Below are positions 1 through 7,375 of a DNA stretch of 55,686 nucleotides, in pieces. The position numbers and the translations under genes were made by a program. The DNA comes from Candidatus Hydrogenedentota bacterium (GTDB taxonomy: Bacteria; Hydrogenedentota; Hydrogenedentia; Hydrogenedentales; GCA-2746185). The notes under the pieces were generated by a model, which was not told the origin of the DNA, did no database searches, and worked only from the letters and a program-made list of their open reading frames with translations. Position 1 is the stretch's first letter. Every line of letters begins with the position of its first letter. Where the stretch lies: assembly GCA_046583315.1 (NCBI GenBank), contig JAYGCN010000261.1:1-55686 (forward strand), given 5' to 3'.

Positions 1-88
1 TATCGCGCAACGTGGTTTCCAGGCGAATGCCCGGACCATCACGGCGGCGGATACTATTTTGCAGGAAACGGTAAATCTTATTCGTTAA
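1..88 (+). CDS. flgE: Flagellar hook protein, C-terminal fragment (truncated by window edge)
   Basis: Frame 2 reads IAQRGFQANARTITAADTILQETVNLIR*, the typical hook/rod C-terminal motif; lies directly before flbD-motAB. Confidence 0.85.
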   Translation, partial: IAQRGFQANARTITAADTILQETVNLIR

Positions 89-105
89 TAGTTGGTAGAA
101 CAGCA

Positions 106-130
106 GAAGGAGGGGGATCTCCCCTCCTTC
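106..130 (+). other. Intergenic stem-loop between flgE and flbD
   Basis: GAAGGAGGGG-gatct-CCCCTCCTTC, perfect 10-bp stem; no strong U-tract. Confidence 0.6.
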
Positions 131-149
131 TATGTAAGGGATTGATGAC

Positions 150-356
150 ATGATTCGATTGAGACGATTGACGGATGAAGTATTTGTTCTGAACGCGGAT
201 TTGGTACAGGAAATCGAGGCCACACCGGACACGATTATTACACTGATCTCTGGAAAGAAAATGATGGTAAAAGAGTCCGTAGACGAGGTGGTAGCCGCAG
301 TGCTAGAATATCGTCGTTCAATTGTAGCGGGGACGGATTTTTCTGATCGGAAATAA
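150..356 (+). CDS. flbD: Flagellar protein FlbD family
   Basis: 68 aa, LNADLVQEIEATPDTIITL..GKKMMVKES; position between flgE and motA. Confidence 0.9.
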   Translation: MIRLRRLTDEVFVLNADLVQEIEATPDTIITLISGKKMMVKESVDEVVAAVLEYRRSIVAGTDFSDRK

Positions 357-366
357 ACTCTAGAAC

Positions 367-1143
367 ATGGACATTGCAACAATTATAGGGATCGTCGGTG
401 GCTTCGCTCTGATCTTCATCACGATTGTTATCGGGGGAAGCATTGGGATCTTCATCAGCATCCCATCGATTCTGGTTGTTGGTGGTGGTACACTGGCATC
501 GGCCTTGATAAATTACCCACTAAACGATGTGCTTTCCATCGTGGGACCTCTCCGCAAATCTTTTTTTAATCGGGATATAGATCCGACCGGATTAATCGCC
601 CAGTTGATCGAATTTGCGACCGTCGCGCGTCGCGAAGGCATTCTGGCTTTGGAAAGTCATGTTGAAACGACGGATGACGATTTTCTGGGCCGCAGCATTC
701 AACTGGCAATCGACGGCACGGCACCCGAGTTGATCAAAGACATTCTTACCACCGAAGTGGCATTTATGGAAGACAGGCATGCGAAAGGTCAGGCGATACT
801 GTCTTCCATGGGTGCGGCGGCACCAGCCTTTGGAATGATTGGTACGCTTATCGGGCTGGTGCAGATGCTCGCGGGCATGGATGATCCTTCGGCCATTGGC
901 GCGGGTATGGCAACCGCATTGTTGACGACGCTTTATGGATCGGTGTTATCAAACGTAGTCTTCTTGCCTTTGGCAGGCGTATTGAAAGTGCGTACGGCAT
1001 CGGAATTGCTTCTGCGGGAAATCGCGATCGAGGGGATCCTCGCGATTCAGTCGGGCGATAATCCGCGTGCGGTTGAACAGAAGTTAAAAGCCTTTTTATC
1101 TCCGGCGCAGCGTGAGAGTATGGAAGCCGGGGGCGGGAAATAA
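367..1143 (+). CDS. motA: Flagellar stator A subunit (MotA/PomA)
   Basis: ARREGILALE, APAFGMIGTLIGL, ALLTTLYG motifs; hydrophobic TM segments. Confidence 0.95.
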   Translation: MDIATIIGIVGGFALIFITIVIGGSIGIFISIPSILVVGGGTLASALINYPLNDVLSIVGPLRKSFFNRDIDPTGLIAQLIEFATVARREGILALESHVETTDDDFLGRSIQLAIDGTAPELIKDILTTEVAFMEDRHAKGQAILSSMGAAAPAFGMIGTLIGLVQMLAGMDDPSAIGAGMATALLTTLYGSVLSNVVFLPLAGVLKVRTASELLLREIAIEGILAIQSGDNPRAVEQKLKAFLSPAQRESMEAGGGK

Positions 1144-1161
1144 CCGGGTTACGGGGCTATC

Positions 1162-1920
1162 ATGGCGGTAAAGAAAAAATGTCCTGAATGCGAAGAAGGC
1201 GCGCCATTGTGGGTGGTCACCTTCGGTGATCTCATGACTCTGCTGATGACGTTTTTCGTCCTGTTACTCTCCTTCGCAACCATGGAAGAGCCACGCAAAT
1301 ACGAGGAAGCGATCATTTCCATACGCGGGGCTTTTGGCGTAATGCCATCGAATATTACCGCAGTACAGATTAATCCAATGCCGGTACGGGTCAAACGACT
1401 TCCCCAGAAATCAGAAGAGGTCGCTCGTGAAATTCAACGGGAGATACAGGTTGATGGATATGCTTCGCATGTTCGCGTCGAGTATGATGACTCCGGTGCC
1501 TTGAAGATAAACCTGCCTGCGCGGGTGTTGTATGAATCTGGGGAGGCCGTGTTGCGAGAGGATAGCTATCCGTTTCTCATAGCGATTGCGCAAATCTTGG
1601 GTCGCTATCCCGACGCCTTTTTTGAGGTGCACGGTCATACAGACAATACTTCGCTAACAGAACCGTCCATCTTTCGTGATAATCTTGACTTGAGTTATGC
1701 GCGTGCCGAGCGGGTCGCGCGTTTTCTGAGTCAATATGGTCCTATTCCGATTGATCGATTTGAAGCAGTGGCCCGCGGTTCGGGGGCTCCATTTGAGCCC
1801 AATACGACCGAAGAAGGCAGAATCGCGAATCGTCGTGTAGAATTATATGTGCGAGGATTATTGACAAAGAAGGAAGTGGAAGATTTACAGGACGAAGTTA
1901 ATCGGCTGGATGAACTGTAG
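1162..1920 (+). CDS. motB: Flagellar stator B subunit (MotB/PomB), OmpA-like C-terminal domain
   Basis: WVVTFGDLMTLLMTFFVLL TM with ion-binding Asp; GHTD, LSYARA, NRRVE peptidoglycan-binding motifs. Confidence 0.95.
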   Translation: MAVKKKCPECEEGAPLWVVTFGDLMTLLMTFFVLLLSFATMEEPRKYEEAIISIRGAFGVMPSNITAVQINPMPVRVKRLPQKSEEVAREIQREIQVDGYASHVRVEYDDSGALKINLPARVLYESGEAVLREDSYPFLIAIAQILGRYPDAFFEVHGHTDNTSLTEPSIFRDNLDLSYARAERVARFLSQYGPIPIDRFEAVARGSGAPFEPNTTEEGRIANRRVELYVRGLLTKKEVEDLQDEVNRLDEL

Positions 1921-1953
1921 GCAATGAATCAGAGTTCCTGATGGAGAAACGAG

Positions 1954-2520
1954 ATGGCAGAAGAAGTCAATGAAGAAACCGCTGAAGAGGCCGCGGCTGA
2001 GGAAAAGAAGTCGGGGGGCAAGATCGGCTTGATCCTCATCGCGGTCGCGTTGCTTGTGGCGGTAGGCGGCGGCCTGTCCATCTACTTCTTCGTGATTGCG
2101 CCCAGGTTGGCACCGCCGATCGATGAGGACATGTTCGCGATTGATGGGCCTGAGGAATACATTCCGGAATTCCCGCAGTTTGTCTATTTTGAATCTTCAT
2201 TCGTTCATTTAATGCGTGAGGGTAACGGCCCCGCAGCAATTTTGCTCTATAAAGTGACCTTCGAATGCGAGAATGAAGCAACGGTTTTTGAAATTGAGAC
2301 CCATAGGGCACGCTTTATCGATATGCTTCTCAAACTACACGGATCTCGCACTCGGGAGGAGGTCGATGATATACTGATTTTCGAAAAGAGTATCCAAAGT
2401 CAGATACTTCAAAGGGCGAATGATATTTTGAAACGCATTTCGCAGGATAGTGACGGGGCCTCACCAAAGATAACAGCAATTTTTCATGAGCAATTGCACG
2501 CGCAGGATCCAGCCGTATAG
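1954..2520 (+). CDS. fliL: Flagellar basal body-associated protein FliL
   Basis: Acidic N-terminus, single TM ending GGGL..YFF, size and position after motB. Confidence 0.8.
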   Translation: MAEEVNEETAEEAAAEEKKSGGKIGLILIAVALLVAVGGGLSIYFFVIAPRLAPPIDEDMFAIDGPEEYIPEFPQFVYFESSFVHLMREGNGPAAILLYKVTFECENEATVFEIETHRARFIDMLLKLHGSRTREEVDDILIFEKSIQSQILQRANDILKRISQDSDGASPKITAIFHEQLHAQDPAV

Positions 2521-2529
2521 GGGGCAATT

Positions 2530-2856
2530 ATGGAACAAGAGACTGTCCGGGAAGCGCAGGAAGTGGATTTTCCTGAGATAGCACCAGAAACCGACGAATT
2601 GCCGGCTATGCACCTCGAATTGGAGGATTTGCATAGGGTAAATCTGCGTTTGACAGCCGATTTAGGCTCTTCAAAGATGAAAGTTAAGGATGTATTGGAA
2701 TTGAAGGTCGGATCCATTGTATCGTTAGACAAGTTGGCGGGGGAATTGACCGACATCCGACTGGCTGGTAAACAGATAGCCCGCGGTGAAGCGGTGGTGA
2801 TCGGGGATGTACTGAATGTACGATTGTCTGAAATTACGGGGAGTAACGAATCCTAG
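2530..2856 (+). CDS. fliN: Flagellar motor switch protein FliN (SpoA domain)
   Basis: LG...MKVKDVLELKVGSIVSLDKLAGE...IARGEAVVI SpoA signature. Confidence 0.9.
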   Translation: MEQETVREAQEVDFPEIAPETDELPAMHLELEDLHRVNLRLTADLGSSKMKVKDVLELKVGSIVSLDKLAGELTDIRLAGKQIARGEAVVIGDVLNVRLSEITGSNES

Positions 2857-3631
2857 AATTATTTTGGGGCGAGCACCCCGCGTATTCTTGATTCTTCTCG
2901 TCGGCTCGATTTGCTCACACCCCGGTTATGCTCAAGATTCTGAGAGCATCGAAACGCCGGTATCTGAAGTAATCGATCCTATACCTGTCGCGGAGTCCTC
3001 TGTCGCAACAGAAACTCCCGCCGATGAGGAAACAAAAAAGCCTGATACTGGATACGGCATGGAAGCGATTCGAGGGGCGAATGCCATTCTTGACAACGAG
3101 GCAGCGAATGTCGATCCAGACGGACCTCGAATCGATCCTTCTTTGGTCGGCACCGGATACAGTGATGCACGAAATGCATTCTTTCGGATGATTGCGGCCT
3201 TGTCCGTTGTCGTGGCGTTGATTCTCTTTTGTTATTATGCGATACGTCGATTCGGCAAGAAGATTCCGATTATTGGTGGCCGCCAGCTGGGACAGGTGAT
3301 TGGACAGCTGCATCTGACGCGCGACGCCACGCTGCACTATGTGCGCACGGGTGGGCGAGTGCTTGTCATTTCGGTACGCTCCGAGGGTGTGAATTTGATC
3401 GCTGAGTTCAGCGAATCGGCCTTTGATCAGGAGCTTGGACAAACCGTGGAGCATGGCGGGTTTGCGCCAGAACAGTTTGTGGCTGAGCTCAAGGAACAAT
3501 CGGCTGCGTATCAAGCAGGGGCCTCGGGCGATGATTCGCCTGTCGAGGATGACGATATGGCTGTGTTGCGTGGTGATATACATCGTTTGCAAGAGTACTT
3601 GCAGGAAGAAACGCGTGAACCGAAAGAATAG
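2816..3631 (+). CDS. fliO: Flagellar biosynthesis protein FliO, extended; true start possibly TTG at 2864
   Basis: Signal-peptide-like N-terminus, TM (MIAALSVVVALILFCYYAIRRF), FliO-like beta region; between fliN and fliP. Confidence 0.75.
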   Translation: MYDCLKLRGVTNPRIILGRAPRVFLILLVGSICSHPGYAQDSESIETPVSEVIDPIPVAESSVATETPADEETKKPDTGYGMEAIRGANAILDNEAANVDPDGPRIDPSLVGTGYSDARNAFFRMIAALSVVVALILFCYYAIRRFGKKIPIIGGRQLGQVIGQLHLTRDATLHYVRTGGRVLVISVRSEGVNLIAEFSESAFDQELGQTVEHGGFAPEQFVAELKEQSAAYQAGASGDDSPVEDDDMAVLRGDIHRLQEYLQEETREPKE

Positions 3632-4421
3632 TATTGCGGGAATATTGATCGTCCTGGGGGGATTGATCGTCGCGCTGCCGGCAATGGGGCAGGAGTCGAC
3701 CGAGCCTGCTGATGCCACCGCTGTTTCTGAGCCGTCTTCTGGATTGAATATCGCCGATACGATTGAGCAGGTAACCAATCGAGAAAACATCTCGACCATG
3801 TTGACGACGTTTATTCTGCTGACGGTATTGACCTTGGCGCCGGCGATTCTGGTGATGACGACCTCGTTTACGCGCTTGATCGTGGTATTGGGATTTCTGC
3901 GACAGGCCATGGCCACGCAACAATCTCCGCCGAATCAGGTATTGGTAGGTCTGGCATTATTCTTGACCTATTTCATTATGGCCCCGACCTACCAGCGTGT
4001 ATTTGATGAGGCGGTATCGCCGTATATGAATGGCGATATTGTCGAGTTCAGCGATGCGCTTGAGCTGGGCATACAGCCGATTCGTGACTTCATGTTTCGC
4101 CAGGTGGAGAAAAACCCGAAGGATTTGGCGTTGTTCATTGAAATCGCCGGAATGGATCGGCCGGAAACGCCGGCTGATGTACCGACCTCCGTGTTGGTTC
4201 CCGCATTTATTCTCGGCGAGATGCGTATCGCCTTCGAACTTGGATTTATCATCTACATCCCGTTTTTGATCATCGACATGGTTGTCGCCAGTACCTTGAT
4301 GGCGATGGGTATGATGATGTTGCCCCCGGTATTCGTTTCGCTTCCCTTCAAGATCATCCTCTTTGTGCTGGTCGACGGATGGTACTTGTTAGTAGGCTCG
4401 CTCGTTCGCAGTTTCTACTGA
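3615..4421 (+). CDS. fliP: Flagellar export gate protein FliP (GTG start at 3615 inferred)
   Basis: TSFTRLIVVL, QQSPPNQVL, GMMMLPP, LFVLVDGW motifs. Confidence 0.95.
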   Translation: MNRKNSIAGILIVLGGLIVALPAMGQESTEPADATAVSEPSSGLNIADTIEQVTNRENISTMLTTFILLTVLTLAPAILVMTTSFTRLIVVLGFLRQAMATQQSPPNQVLVGLALFLTYFIMAPTYQRVFDEAVSPYMNGDIVEFSDALELGIQPIRDFMFRQVEKNPKDLALFIEIAGMDRPETPADVPTSVLVPAFILGEMRIAFELGFIIYIPFLIIDMVVASTLMAMGMMMLPPVFVSLPFKIILFVLVDGWYLLVGSLVRSFY

Positions 4422-5131
4422 TGAGGCCCGACCTGCGTCAATTCTGGAAGCGCGGCCCGAATGATCGCCTGTATGCGCCGCGATGCCTGATGCGCGATTT
4501 CGATGACGTGTTCGTGCGTCAGCGTCTGGGGTGAGCAGCAGTTATTGGTAATGCAGGTGATGCTGGCCGATTCGATTCCCAACTCGTTGCAGCGCGCTAC
4601 TTCGGGCGCGGTGCTCATGCCGATGGCATCGCTTTGAATGGCCTGTAGCGCGTGAATCTCAGCCTGGGTTTCGTAACAGGGGCCGTGAATCCAGGTGTAG
4701 GTTCCGTGTGAATCGCAGCCCTTCAACACCTGAGTAGGTGTAATTGATGTTGGATGATCCGGCCATTGACTGCACGGCCAGAGTCCGATGGAATCAGCCG
4801 CCATCAAGTGTCCGGCTTCCATTTCGGGGCGTAACCCTCCCGCCGCATTCGTGAAAATAATCATGCTCGCGCCCATCGCGTGAAGGGTATCGACGGAACG
4901 GGTGATTTCTGAATAAGTATAGCCTTCGTAGAAATGAAGGCGTCCGATCTGCAGAATGATGGGGGTCTCGTCGCTGATGCCCTGAATGAACTGACCCTGG
5001 TGGCCGAGCACCGTCGTGGGGTGCAGGTTATCGATCTCCGAGAATAGGATCGTCTCGTTTTTGGTATCGAGCAGACCATCGAGATCGATTCCTGACCCCG
5101 CTACGATGCCAATTGTGGGGCGGGTACTCAT
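4415..5131 (-). CDS. Purine nucleoside phosphorylase (PNP/MTAP family)
   Basis: GIVAGSG, GRLHFYEG, TNAAGG, GPCYETQAE, GMST, CITN motifs. Confidence 0.9.
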   Translation of the reverse strand: MSTRPTIGIVAGSGIDLDGLLDTKNETILFSEIDNLHPTTVLGHQGQFIQGISDETPIILQIGRLHFYEGYTYSEITRSVDTLHAMGASMIIFTNAAGGLRPEMEAGHLMAADSIGLWPCSQWPDHPTSITPTQVLKGCDSHGTYTWIHGPCYETQAEIHALQAIQSDAIGMSTAPEVARCNELGIESASITCITNNCCSPQTLTHEHVIEIAHQASRRIQAIIRAALPELTQVGPHQ

Positions 5132-6147
5132 GATTCGGGTGTCTCGGGGAAGAACAGAGTCTGATAGAGTTGCAGCGCGTAGTGGTCGGTCATGCTCGCG
5201 ATGGTATCGAGTACTTTGCGTTCTACGGATTCATCTGTGGGATGATTGGCGATGAAGGGCTCCGGATTCCGGGTCATGTGCGTGAATAATTCGGTAATGA
5301 CACGTTTGGCCTTATCGACTTCGTGTCGGATAGGCTCGCTGGGGTAGAGTTCGGAATACAGATAGTCGCGAAGTTGGTTGGTGGCCTCGCGGATGTCGGG
5401 GGTGATCGAAATCGTGCCGTCCTGACTGCCATCAATCAAGCCGCCGACCATCGTGTTGATTCGGTCCGAGGCGGAATTGCCGAGCCGCTCGATGGCTTCG
5501 GAGGGTAAATCGTCGCGACTGATCACGCCCGCGCGCAGGGCATCGTCGATGTCGTGATTGATGTAGGCGATGGCATCGCAAATACTCATGACCTGACCTT
5601 CGAGTGTCTGCGCCGTTTCGCCCGGTCGGTTTAGCAAGATCACTTTTCCGGTGGAGTGGCGCAGAATGCCGTCGCGGACTTCGTGGGTGAGGTTGAGGCC
5701 CTGCTGCGAGGCGGTAGATTCCAATATGTCGACGATACGCAGACTTTGCTCAAAATGTTTGAAGCCTTCGGGGTAGATGTCATTGAGCACACTTTCACCG
5801 GCGTGTCCAAAGGGGGTATGGCCGAGATCGTGCGACAAGGCAATCGCTTCGGTGAGATCTTCGTTGAGAAACAGCGCGCGTGCAACGATTCGGGAAATCT
5901 GCGTCACTTCGAGCGTATGCGTAAGTCGGCTACGGAAATGGTCGCCCTTGCCACTGAGAAAAACCTGTGTTTTGCCTTCGAGACGGCGAAACGCTTTGCT
6001 GTGAATGATGCGGTCGCGATCGCGTTGGTACGCGGTTCGGTATGCGTGTTCTTCTTCGTGTACGGCTCGACCCTTGGATTGGGAGACCAGCTGGGCGTAG
6101 GGTTTCAGAATGGAGACTTCTTGTGCTTCAAGCTGTTCTCGTATCAC
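5128..6147 (-). CDS. dgt: Deoxyguanosinetriphosphate triphosphohydrolase (HD domain), short form
   Basis: RDRDRIIHSKAFRRL..KTQV, RLTHTLEV, HDLGHTPFGH, DAIAYINHDIDD. Confidence 0.93.
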   Translation of the reverse strand: MIREQLEAQEVSILKPYAQLVSQSKGRAVHEEEHAYRTAYQRDRDRIIHSKAFRRLEGKTQVFLSGKGDHFRSRLTHTLEVTQISRIVARALFLNEDLTEAIALSHDLGHTPFGHAGESVLNDIYPEGFKHFEQSLRIVDILESTASQQGLNLTHEVRDGILRHSTGKVILLNRPGETAQTLEGQVMSICDAIAYINHDIDDALRAGVISRDDLPSEAIERLGNSASDRINTMVGGLIDGSQDGTISITPDIREATNQLRDYLYSELYPSEPIRHEVDKAKRVITELFTHMTRNPEPFIANHPTDESVERKVLDTIASMTDHYALQLYQTLFFPETPES

Positions 6148-6276
6148 GAATGGGACCTCGCAGGGGCGGTTATGGATATTACGGGAGGCATTCGAAATCC
6201 CCCGATTTCTTCGTGTTTACGATACACGTTTCGGGTGATTCGCGGCAAATTTGCTAGAAGAGGGTGACGAATTTAT

Positions 6277-6768
6277 TCATTTCCCGCCGGTGCCCTTGAT
6301 GGAGGGGGTCGAGGGATTGAATCGATTGAAGCCGGCCCGGTTACGTTTTTCTTCGAGGGTGTTTCTGAGTGAGGTTAGTGGAGAGGTCTTGAAGGGATCG
6401 GGCTTGGCGGGAGCTTGTGCGGCTCGTTCTGCGTTGTCGCCCAGCGATTTGTAGACAGCGAGTTGACAGGCCAGGCAGTATTTCGAATTGTCCAGGGCCG
6501 GTTTTTTCTTACAATTTGCACAGTCGACGCTTGAATCGTCGCGACGGTAGGCTCCTTCTCCTTCGAGCAACTGAGTGACCCGTTCAATGGAGAGGCGGGT
6601 GTATTTGCCGATGGTAGCCGACATAGTCAGTTTGTGGAGCCAGATGGCGTTCTCGATAAGTCGGATGTCCATGTCAAACTGATCGAAGAAGACATCGCAG
6701 AGATTTCGGGTATCATCACTTAAGATGACCCGATCGCATTGCATGCAATTTCGTAAACTGGGAGGCAT
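6277..6768 (-). CDS. YvyF-like flagellar-region Zn-finger/HTH protein
   Basis: N-terminal CMQC, central HTH-like segment, CANC...CLAC; architecture resembles Bacillus YvyF. Confidence 0.55.
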   Translation of the reverse strand: MPPSLRNCMQCDRVILSDDTRNLCDVFFDQFDMDIRLIENAIWLHKLTMSATIGKYTRLSIERVTQLLEGEGAYRRDDSSVDCANCKKKPALDNSKYCLACQLAVYKSLGDNAERAAQAPAKPDPFKTSPLTSLRNTLEEKRNRAGFNRFNPSTPSIKGTGGK

Positions 6769-6771
6769 AGC

Positions 6772-7359
6772 CTACAACTCCGACACGATGGCATCGACCT
6801 GATTCTTTAAGTGTACCATGTCTTTGTCGTTTTGGATGACCCATTTGGCCAAGGGAATCTTTTCTTCGGGAGGGGTCTGGGCGGCGATTCTGGAGCGGGC
6901 TTCTTCGGCGGACATGTTGCGATGTTCGGCGAGACGCGCGATTCGTATGTCAACCGGGCTGTGCACAAGGATCAGCGCTTCGAAGGATTCACGCAGCGTT
7001 CCGTTTTCGGCGTGGAGAGCGGCCTCGATGATGACAGTCTCGTGGCCTTGAGCCGCGTATTCGGCACTGAGACGGGCTGTTTCTGCAATTACGGCTGGGT
7101 GAACGATGGCGTTCAGATCGGCCAGAGCCTGCGGATTGGCAAAGACGATTTCACCGAGCGAGGGGCGGTCGATACGCCCATCGACGAGTATGTCCTCTCC
7201 GAATCGATCGACGACGGCTTGAAACGCGACACCGTCGGGTTCGATGACCTGGTGCCCGAGCGCATCCGAATCGATGACGGGTATGCCGCGGTCGATGAAT
7301 TGTTGGCTGGCGGCTGATTTTCCCGCGCCAATGCCTCCGGTGAGTGCGTAGAGTTTCAT
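6772..7359 (-). CDS. coaE: Dephospho-CoA kinase
   Basis: LTGGIGAGKS P-loop, VIDSD, IDRPSLG, LNAIVHP. Confidence 0.95.
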   Translation of the reverse strand: MKLYALTGGIGAGKSAASQQFIDRGIPVIDSDALGHQVIEPDGVAFQAVVDRFGEDILVDGRIDRPSLGEIVFANPQALADLNAIVHPAVIAETARLSAEYAAQGHETVIIEAALHAENGTLRESFEALILVHSPVDIRIARLAEHRNMSAEEARSRIAAQTPPEEKIPLAKWVIQNDKDMVHLKNQVDAIVSEL

Positions 7360-7375
7360 CAGGTTTCCGTAGTGG

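Noticed and set aside
3423..3614. Long N-terminal extensions in the ORF track for fliP (also tsaB, valS, degP, batC)
   Set aside because: They overlap upstream genes or lack homologous character; downstream starts fit RBS position or family length better
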